Assembly (NCBI GenBank): GCA_000091205.1
Contig: AP006490.2
Strand: one strand, 5' to 3'
From: Cyanidioschyzon merolae
Taxonomy: Eukaryota
DNA length: 64,000 nt
Notes under the pieces: generated by a model
The model's database searches: none
What the model was told of the DNA's origin: nothing
What the model saw: only the letters and a program-made list of their open reading frames with translations
Program-made: the position numbers and the translations under genes
Part shown: piece after piece, positions 56,291 through 64,000 of the stretch
How the letters are laid out: the number at the start of each line of letters is the position of its first letter
How positions within the stretch are numbered: position 1 is the first letter of the stretch

Positions 56291-57832
56291 TTATCGTATC
56301 CAAGTGTAGCCGATGAAGATGGCAAGCGTGACGAAAACGGTACAGATCAACCACCCGCTCCCAGCTGGGATGCGCGAAACGGGTATGTATGCTAGTGGCG
56401 TCACGCCTTCTCCATCAATCAACGGTTTCGCTATATTAAACGCTGTACAAAACAGGTCCCACGCTTTGGCGAGCCGGGCCGGTGTGGGAACAGGGAGCAG
56501 CACGCGGCCACATCCGAAAACAGCCACCGCAAAGAAGTGCGCAACGAGGAGCGATGGTGACGGCTCCAGTCCGCCCAGCATTCGAATGGGATCCGCTGCA
56601 CAACGCCCGCCTAGCTGCAGATAGTCCAAAAAAGCATGCCGCATATCCTTGCGCGCTCGCTCGGGAGATCCACACAGTATGCCGTACAGAGCATTTGCCA
56701 GAATGTTGATGGTAGCGCTAAGCGGCCTTCGGTTACGATAGAACAATTCCAGATGGAATCGCAGAGCTTCATCATCATGCAGATCGGGAATCAGACGCAA
56801 GAAGCGTCGGATAAGCGCAACATCGGAGAGCGCGACCGTCATGCCCCCTCCCGTCAAAGGGTGACGCATATTAAACGAGTCACCGAGAAGAATAGCGCCC
56901 TTTAGCGCCAGCGGACGCGCCGGCATCACGCGATTGGGCATCGAGCGAAAGTCCTCCTTGGCAACAGCCGTAAGAAACGGGTGCTGCAGCGGCTCCGGAA
57001 TCTGCGGGCCGATGACTTGTTCCATATAAGTCCGTAAATCCATTTGACGACCATTGGCATCGAGCGGCAACTTGCCACCGGGTACGTCCACAAGGCAGCG
57101 CACCTCCGAGCTCGAAATCGGATAAAACAGCACAGGGGCACGATCCGTGAGCACAACGTGACCATGACCGGGAAACGGCAGCGAGCATTCCGTCAAAATC
57201 AGGCCCACAAAGTTCGACGGGACTTGATGCTGCGCCGACGGTAACGCTTGCTTACGTAGACGAGACGCACATCCGTCACACGCAATAGTGAGCGCAGCGT
57301 ACGCGACCCGCTGCTCCGTGCTCGACGTACCAGCGCGGTACACAACGCCAACCACGCGAGGCGGCCGCTGCCCCGGCCGTGCGTCAAAAAGCAGCTCTGT
57401 CACCACGCCCTCAACGAGCTCACAATTGGGCTCGGCCTGCGCAAGCTCACGCAAGCGTCTAACGAAACGCCCGTTATGGAACGAGCGCCCCAGTAACAAC
57501 GGTTGCTCAGCGGCCTTGGCGTTCTTCGGCTCCCTGCACGCTTCATTGTACTCTATACAGGAACGCCGACCCTCAAGAAACAAACCGTAACCGAACACTT
57601 GTTGCGCATCAATTCCTTCCAGTGCTGCTTCGAGACCCAGGTCTCGGAGCTTTGCGCAGCCTCCCGGCTGCAGCAGTTCACCAACAATGCGGTCTGGTTC
57701 ACGCAAGTCGCGCTCGATAGCCAGAACTCGACGCCCATCACGCGCCAGAACTGTCGCTAGTGCTGCCCCAGCGACACCAGCTCCAACAATAATGACGTCG
57801 TGTTCATTCCGAGGTATCTGTGTGTCGGTCAT
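56291..57832 (-). CDS. ERG1: Squalene monooxygenase (squalene epoxidase).
   Basis: The track ORF starts at TTG (57862), and the first ATG is at 57832 (MTDTQIPRNEHDVIIVGAGVAGAALATVLARDGRRVLAIERDLREPDRIVGELLQPGG). This FAD-binding N-terminus is near-identical to the eukaryotic squalene epoxidase consensus. A C-terminal membrane anchor is present (WLICTVFVTLAIFIGY). Confidence 0.9.
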   Translation of the reverse strand: MTDTQIPRNEHDVIIVGAGVAGAALATVLARDGRRVLAIERDLREPDRIVGELLQPGGCAKLRDLGLEAALEGIDAQQVFGYGLFLEGRRSCIEYNEACREPKNAKAAEQPLLLGRSFHNGRFVRRLRELAQAEPNCELVEGVVTELLFDARPGQRPPRVVGVVYRAGTSSTEQRVAYAALTIACDGCASRLRKQALPSAQHQVPSNFVGLILTECSLPFPGHGHVVLTDRAPVLFYPISSSEVRCLVDVPGGKLPLDANGRQMDLRTYMEQVIGPQIPEPLQHPFLTAVAKEDFRSMPNRVMPARPLALKGAILLGDSFNMRHPLTGGGMTVALSDVALIRRFLRLIPDLHDDEALRFHLELFYRNRRPLSATINILANALYGILCGSPERARKDMRHAFLDYLQLGGRCAADPIRMLGGLEPSPSLLVAHFFAVAVFGCGRVLLPVPTPARLAKAWDLFCTAFNIAKPLIDGEGVTPLAYIPVSRIPAGSGWLICTVFVTLAIFIGYTWIR

Positions 57833-58019
57833 GAACAGGAGCGCGTTCACTGTGGACCTCAAGGAGCGCCTCAGTAAGCAACCTCTGTCCTACGTTCATC
57901 GCCGCTCGGTAGCGCTCGTCGACGTCGTGGCGCGCTGGACACGTCGCACTTCCGCTGGCCGATCGCGGGCGACATCCGTGGCGCAGCGCACGCATTGCGT
58001 ATGGTGCGTGTTGATCTTC

Positions 58020-58785
58020 GATTTTCGTCTGATGGAACGTTTATGGATGGTGCAGGGATACCAGCTTCCTTGATGGATATTCGTGCTTGGCGTTGCGTCT
58101 AATCGTTCGTCTTCACTCTGCCTTCAAGTTCCATGATTGATACATATCCACTGGGTGTACAGAGAGACAGTCGATTTTCGTCTGATGGAACGTTTATAGA
58201 TGGTGCAGGGATACCAGCTTCCTTGACGGATATTCGTGCTTGGCGTGGCGTCTAATCGTTCGTCTTCACTCTACCTTCAAGTTGCATGATTGATACATAT
58301 CCACTCGGTGTACAGAGAGACAGTCGATTTTCGTCGGATGGAACGTTTATAGATGGTGCAGGGATACCAGCTTCCTTGATGGATATTCGTGCTTGGCGTG
58401 GCGTCTAATCGTTCGTCTTCACTCTACCTTCAAGTTCCATGATTGATACATTTCCACTGGGTGTACAGAGAGACAGTCGATTTTCGTCTGATGGAACGTT
58501 TATGGATGGTGCAGGGATACCAGCTTCCTTGATGGATATTCGTGCTTGGCGTGGCGTCTAATCGTTCGTCTTCACTCTACCTTCAAGTTCCATGATTGAT
58601 ACATATCCACTGGGTGTACAGAGAGACAGTCGATTTTCGTCTGATGGAACGTTTATGGATGGTGCAGGGATACCAGCTTCCTTGACGGATATTCGTGCTT
58701 GGTGTGGCGTCTAATCGTTCGTCTTCACTCTACCTTCAAGTTCCATGATTGATACATTTCCACTGGGTGTATTGCTCATTCTCCA
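58020..58785. repeat. Five tandem copies with a 153-bp period.
   Basis: The unit gattttcgtctgatggaacgtttat[g/a]gatggtgcagggataccagcttccttga[t/c]ggatattcgtgcttgg[c/t]gt[t/g]gcgtctaatcgttcgtcttcactct[g/a]ccttcaagtt[c/g]catgattgatacat[a/t]tccactgggtgtacagagagacagtc starts at 58020, 58173, 58326, 58479 and 58632. It begins 160 bp upstream of the squalene epoxidase 5' end. Stop codons occur in all frames. Confidence 0.95.
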
Positions 58786-60112
58786 CTTCCTATCGTGCGC
58801 CAAGCCCGCACTAAGTGTCCACGATATCACCATAGCGCCGGTTCGGATGCAACACGAATACTGGACGGCTTTGGCACAGCACTAGGGGCCCGCGGCGCGA
58901 GGCGGCATTCTCAAGGTGATGTCGAGGTCGTCAGTGCGAGCCGATCGAGGCGCACGAGCCCTGCACACGTGTCCATGTTGAAGCACCGATCGTACGCAGG
59001 CGAGCGTCCGTGCGAGCATACGCTTCTTAGCGCCTCTATGACAGCACTCAGGCAGCCTGCCAATGAGTTCAACAACGCGCAGATGCTATGCGAACTGCCC
59101 GTACAACCGGTAGGAACTGGTAAAAAAGGTTCGTCTTGGTCATGCAATGCAAACGCGTGAGCGCACTGAAAGGCAGGTTTTCGTTCCGCATCGCAGCATG
59201 CTGGGCAGTCTGAAACGGAGGCTACAAATGCCAGGATTCCATACGTGCCGTCAGTAGATCTGCATTCAGAGCGCGTCATCCACGGCAGCGTGTTCTTTCT
59301 GTTGCTTCTGGAGCGCGAACGGGCGTGTCAGCGTGATCAACGCCTAGGTGTCTTGGTTTCCCGGTCTGGCGCTTGTTCCGGGGAACGAAGCACGAGGAAA
59401 CGCCCACAGTATCGAGTGCCTGCGCAGGATACATGCGCGTACCCTTTACAAACGACAATGTTTCCCATTTCGCTGTGCATAAACGCAACACCATCTTCAA
59501 CCGATGCGGATCCACACGGGTCGCAGTGCGCTTTCGGCGATGATGGATATGCAGGGGATCCTCGCACTGACCGGTTTCTTCTGGCCAGGATTGGGTACAG
59601 CATTGAACCGCATGCTCGCCGCCATGCAGGCCTATGCGCGACACGTCGATGACCACACTAGACGTTGTCCACGAGCGGCTCCGGCGTACGGAGGCGGCTA
59701 CGCAGTCACGGAGCCAGGCTATGCCGCGGATCGCAGTTTACTGTTCCGTGGCTTTCAAGCCATCCTCGCGTCCATAAGCACCATTTTGCAACAGGAAATA
59801 GGAGACTGATGCCAGGTTCCAGCGTACTGGACGCGGTATCCACGCCCTACCCAAATAGCCGCTTTTCCGAACGCCTCTGTCCCGTCGCAGTACGGGCTTT
59901 CGATGCCACCTCAGACTGCTTGTTATTTTTCTTGCACCTGGATCCTGTAGTGCACAAGCCACTGCGTCATTGCAAACGAATGCAGGCGAACGTAGTGCCG
60001 CTCAGCTGGCATCGCGTCGTCAGCGGGCACAGGCGTACCGCTGCGGCGGTTTGTCCGAACGTTGTCACCGCACGAAGGGCATCGCTGTAGGCAGGGCGCC
60101 TCTGACGTTCAT

Positions 60113-61114
60113 TCAGAAGAACGCATCCCATATGGCAAACACAACTTCAACTGCCAGCAGCAACAAAATCATTCGTTCAATACGACTGTTGATGCGGAAC
60201 TCGATTTGCGAGTTCATGAGCACTAGCCCATCGCGAAGCGTTGCAAGATCAGGCTCGAGGTACGCTAAGCGCTCGCGCGCGTGAAAAACTTGCGCATCAA
60301 GTTGCTCAAAAGTGCTGCCTCGCGAGCGCCCGCGGTCCGACATCCACCCTGAACGGTATACCGCGCTCTGCTGTTTAATGAGCTCCGTTCGGGCAAAGAG
60401 CAATGCTCCAAGACTGCGCACAACATCCGGTTCACGCGAGAGAATCGTCACATCGCCACCGCGTGCCATCTGTGACGCTACTGACCGCAGGACATCGGTG
60501 AGTGCATCCACCGTCTGGAAAAAACTCCGGCACTTCATGTAATAAATAAGTGCATCGAGGGCTTCGTCCAGATATCCATCGTGATGCTCTGATATTCGGA
60601 GTTGCACTCGCCGCACCCAGGGCTCTTCAATAGCATAACTGCTTGCGCTGCCGTACAAACCGGACTCGGTGGTTGCCAGGTGTTGTCGCAACGCCGCAAG
60701 CACCGCCTCGCTTGGGGCAAGTGCTTGCATGGTGGCAACACATGCAACGCCCTGCGGACACTTTCCGATGCGTTGCGCAGTTGCTCCTGGCAGTGCCGGT
60801 AGATTGATCCTTGACTGAGGTTCGTCACGCAGCTGCTCAGCACTCTCGTCCCCAAAAGCTATGAGAATCAGGTCAACCGTACTGGAGCCGCTCAACGACT
60901 GTGCGACTGCGTTTTCCAACTGTGCAGCACATGCCCGCACTTGACAACGTCGGCGGCAGTACGTCGCTCGAGCGAGTCCGGACTGCAGGGCTCCATCACC
61001 AGCTCTCGGACACAGAGACTCGGCGCGTTCCAGTCCCCAGGGTGAACACCACGGCGTTCGTGCAGCAGACGTGCAGCCGTGCCTCCGCTTTACCGCCCAG
61101 GTGGTGCACCACAT
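60113..61114 (-). CDS. Hypothetical 333-aa protein with a single C-terminal hydrophobic helix, giving a tail-anchor-like topology.
   Basis: ATG at 61114. The C-terminus is ...LVLMNSQIEFRINSRIERMILLLLAVEVVFAIWDAFF*. No family was recognised. A CorA/Mrs2-like idea was considered and rejected because no GMN motif or second TM is present. Confidence 0.35.
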   Translation of the reverse strand: MWCTTWAVKRRHGCTSAARTPWCSPWGLERAESLCPRAGDGALQSGLARATYCRRRCQVRACAAQLENAVAQSLSGSSTVDLILIAFGDESAEQLRDEPQSRINLPALPGATAQRIGKCPQGVACVATMQALAPSEAVLAALRQHLATTESGLYGSASSYAIEEPWVRRVQLRISEHHDGYLDEALDALIYYMKCRSFFQTVDALTDVLRSVASQMARGGDVTILSREPDVVRSLGALLFARTELIKQQSAVYRSGWMSDRGRSRGSTFEQLDAQVFHARERLAYLEPDLATLRDGLVLMNSQIEFRINSRIERMILLLLAVEVVFAIWDAFF

Positions 61115-61484
61115 GAACGCGAAGCTCCAGACACCGAGTAACAGTTGAACGGCGGCACTCCGAGAGCGAACCTACAAGCCCACTGGCTTGTGGAAGTTGA
61201 ATGAGACGCTGCTGCGTACAGCGGGCCCTCGGTGAACAAACTGTCAGGCTTTAACGTCAGGTCAACTGGAATGCAGTTGCGCTTGATCTGCTCGGCTGGG
61301 GGGCCGTCCAGCGGGGAGCGTGTGAGAAATGTGGGTGTTTCTTCAGCAGAACTGGGCAAGCTTCGACGTTTCTTCGTCGGGAAGAGTGTCAACTCTGCTG
61401 GGTGCATGTGGTGCACGTCCGAACAAGTGGCGCTAATGCTGCGTGTCGAATGAATTCGGCTTTGAGGCCTCCAGCAGCGCTCTG

Positions 61485-61506
61485 TTTGTTGTTGTTGTTG
61501 TTGCTG
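61485..61506. repeat. (TTG)n trinucleotide microsatellite.
   Basis: tttgttgttgttgttgttgctgct. On the minus strand this corresponds to the QQQQQQ run in the doubtful ORF 61090..61623. Confidence 0.85.
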
Positions 61507-62310
61507 CTCACTGTCTGGTTGGTGCCGACGTTCCCGTGCGAGCAGGACGAGTCGCTTGTCCGAAGACTTGGGTACGTGACAGAAAACGATTGATGCAAGG
61601 GCGAAAACTCGGTGTCTGTTCATTGAGAGCAGGCGCTGGTATCCTTTGGACGAATACTTGGAAGCGGAGACACGTTTTCTCCATATTTACGGTTGGACAC
61701 GGGCTTCGGTACCCACTAGGTTCGGGTGTCGACGTTGCCGGCCTTTCGTGTCTACACCTTGAACCTGCGCCCTGAGGTCAGCTGCTGGTGACACAAAGCC
61801 GCGACTACGCTCTGACATGTTTCCCGGAACTGACCATGAGTAGTACTGGTCGGATAGCGTCTCCGCTATGGATACAGCACACTTTGCAGTGACCCAGTTC
61901 GTCCGCAAGCACCTTATCAGTGCACGATGAAGCGATGTATGCTGAAAGCAGCGTCGAACGAGGATCATAGTTTGAACGACCTCTCCAGATACTTTAAAGA
62001 TGCTCCAGTTTGCTCCACAGCAAACACTGCACGGAATCTGCTGCGCTCTATCGCCGCGGAAAGGAACGCTTGCGGATCGTTCGAACTCGCAAATCTGTGC
62101 ATGTGGTGCTCTGTTCATGTCAGTACGCATGGGCTCGCTGCACTTGACGCACTGGAGCGAGACTTTGGAACCCGCACGACTCGTGAACTCGGGCTCATCT
62201 TGTCGGAAATGCGAACGAATGACCGCGCAGCTCGGAGGCGAAACGCCCTTTCACGTAACACGTAGACAACATGTCATCAACATGGGTACTGCGCACACGT
62301 ACTCCCCAAA

Positions 62311-62426
62311 CATGCTAGACACGGTATGGTAGGTCACTTCAGCGTCCATCGCATGAAACTTGCAACAAACATGCTAGACACTGTATAGTAGGTCACTTCA
62401 GCGTCCATCGCATGATACACACGATG
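62311..62426. repeat. Two tandem copies of a 59-bp unit.
   Basis: catgctagacac[g/t]gtat[g/a]gtaggtcacttcagcgtccatcgcatga[aac.../tac...] starts at 62311 and 62370. Confidence 0.8.
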
Positions 62427-62973
62427 CCTCACAAAGCGCAGTCCAGGTACTTTGCCAGCGCAGTGCACCAAATCCGCGTCAAACCTGCAACCTCAGACGC
62501 TAGAATTCAAATGAAACTCTACGAGACGCCTTTTTTCAAATCAAACATATCCGTATTCGCGTACCACAGCGAGCACGGGGAGCGAAGCACAACCGAAGCA
62601 GACTGCACAGCACCAGGTATGGACGTGAGACATCACCGGTCCCGCAGCACCTCCACAGTCGCGAGCGTTCAAGAACAAGCTCAGGGAAACCGCAGCGTTC
62701 GTGCTTCCACGAACGTAACCTTGGATTCCTCACTCATCAACTTTAGCGATGCCCGTTGTGCCGCACGCGTAACAGCATACGCGCTCTGGTGGTCGCTCAT
62801 GCGCTCGGCTGTCGCCCGATACTTTTCATTCCATACACGCGCGCATATGTCTGCCAACGTATCCGCGTCGATACAGGCGCCTCGTGTTGCACGCCCGTCA
62901 CGATAGCTCATACACACACACACACGAGGCGTCTGCGTACCAGCACACGGGGTATCCGACGCACACAGCGCTT

Positions 62974-64000
62974 CTATAGCGTCGTTACCGAAACAGCCAG
63001 TGCAGTTACCGCGAGTTTGTGACCCTCGTACGTACGAATGACAGAGCCGCTTGACAGGTCCCAGAGGCACGCTCGGCGATCGCTTGAACAGCTGAAAAGA
63101 AACTCGCTGTTATCGGAAAACACCAGATCCCATGCCCATTTCTGGTGGCGTCCCAGCACCTGCGTCTGCTGCCAAGTGGCACCGACGCTCCGCTGTACGC
63201 CCCAGAGTCGGATGAAACCAGAGTCCAGGGCCATGGCCAACATTTTTCCATTTGGACTGAAGCTCGACTGGAGCACGTACCTGGTGTGTGCACTCCAAGT
63301 CGTTGAGGGTTGAAAGTCGACCGGTTCAGTGGCTGGTGTCCCAGGTCGCTGAACAACTCGCTGTCGGCTCGGGCTGCGGTTCCAGTGCTGCATTTCGGTG
63401 AGGTCACTATCTGAGCGGGTGAGTGGTATCGGTGAAGCGTCACGCAAGCGCTCGAGCTCGTAAAACTCCGCGTCTGCTTCGCCGGTGCCGGTACCGGCTT
63501 GGCATACACGCCATACATAGCAGGCGCCTTCATGGTTACAGACCGACAGCAGACTACCGTCAGCAGCGAGGGCCATGGTACTAATCGGGACGTCGTCCTG
63601 TGGCTTCAGTTCACGATTCAGACGATTCGCGATCAGATCCCATGTGCGTACAGTCCCCTGGCAGTCAGCGGATATCAGCTCCCTTTGCGATGGATGCAGA
63701 CACACCGCCGTGACCCCAGCGCGGTTACAGAATACGTGTGAACGCTTCCCTGACCGCGGATCCCAGGTGCAAATGGTACCATCTTCAGACCCTGAATAGA
63801 GCCAGCTTCCAAAAGCCTCGTACCCGACACTGACAACGTTGCCGCGATGTCCCTCTAAGCCAATGACTGGGCTAGCTACGTTGTTCAGGGCGTCGAAAAC
63901 CACGATCCGCGGGTTTGCAGCCACTGCAAGGAAGACCTTGTCTGGTGAAAACACCAGTCGGTTGATGTGAGACTCGGGAAACTGAATCGTGCGGAAGCAA
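62974..64000 (-). CDS. LST8: LST8 (GbetaL), the WD40-repeat subunit of TOR complexes. Partial: the N-terminus lies beyond the window end.
   Basis: The track shows 62974..63954 from an internal GTG. The frame stays open to position 64000 (...CFRTIQFPESHINRLVFSPDKVFLAVAANPRIVVFDALNNVASPVIGLEGHRGNVVSVGYEAFGSWLYSGSEDGTICTWDPRS...CLHPSQRELISADCQGTVRTWDL...). This is co-linear with LST8 (...[70 protein letters not shown]...WMYTGGEDCTARIWDLRS...[23 protein letters not shown]). Confidence 0.85.
   Translation of the reverse strand, partial: CFRTIQFPESHINRLVFSPDKVFLAVAANPRIVVFDALNNVASPVIGLEGHRGNVVSVGYEAFGSWLYSGSEDGTICTWDPRSGKRSHVFCNRAGVTAVCLHPSQRELISADCQGTVRTWDLIANRLNRELKPQDDVPISTMALAADGSLLSVCNHEGACYVWRVCQAGTGTGEADAEFYELERLRDASPIPLTRSDSDLTEMQHWNRSPSRQRVVQRPGTPATEPVDFQPSTTWSAHTRYVLQSSFSPNGKMLAMALDSGFIRLWGVQRSVGATWQQTQVLGRHQKWAWDLVFSDNSEFLFSCSSDRRACLWDLSSGSVIRTYEGHKLAVTALAVSVTTL

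Noticed and set aside
7900-58785. The possibility that any of the tandem arrays is a CRISPR array
   Set aside because: The units are contiguous with no unique spacers. Unit lengths of 52-153 bp do not fit repeat-spacer architecture. The surrounding genes are eukaryotic housekeeping genes, and no cas-like ORFs are present.
60113-61114. CorA/Mrs2-type Mg2+ channel call for the 333-aa ORF
   Set aside because: The pre-TM helix superficially resembles CorA. There is no GMN motif and no second TM helix. The ORF stops directly after the first TM, and the downstream frame (MNVRGALPTAMPFVR*) is not hydrophobic.
1-64000. Any prokaryotic defence, toxin-antitoxin or secretion system
   Set aside because: The gene content (TFIIH helicase, SMC5, cohesin kleisin, LST8, OSBP, sterol epoxidase), the absence of Shine-Dalgarno or operon organisation, and the kilobase-scale single-gene units show this is eukaryotic nuclear DNA. 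The HEPN motif in LAS1 belongs to rRNA processing, not to a toxin module.

Overview
This window is not prokaryotic. It is a GC-rich, apparently intron-less stretch of eukaryotic nuclear DNA, with no CRISPR array, operon or defence island. Housekeeping genes sit on both strands. ORFs of 1 to 4.4 kb give clear matches to XPB/ERCC3, SMC5, RAD21, LAS1, an oxysterol-binding protein, squalene epoxidase, a PUS1-like pseudouridine synthase, an inositol monophosphatase, a cytochrome-b5-reductase-like protein, an SLC35E3-like transporter and a C2H2 zinc-finger protein. An OMA1-like gene and an LST8 gene are cut by the left and right edges of the window. Candidate lineages are an oomycete, labyrinthulomycete or ustilaginomycete, but this cannot be settled from the sequence alone.

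The supplied ORF track starts several ORFs at GTG or TTG but prints M. I verified this directly for XPB, SMC5, OSBP, squalene epoxidase, the cytochrome-b5-reductase-like gene and the 1026-aa ORF, and moved those starts to the first in-frame ATG.

The unusual content is non-coding. At least seven unrelated tandem minisatellite arrays are present, with periods of 52, 59, 92, 94, 100, 118 and 153 bp. Several abut gene 5' ends, most strikingly 12 copies of a 100-bp unit directly in front of RAD21. A 4.5-kb AT-richer, gene-free island at 26.6 to 31.1 kb carries a decayed Tc1/mariner- or IS630-type DDE transposase pseudogene. SMC5 and PUS1 have long low-complexity extensions or insertions. Several ORFs have no recognisable family.
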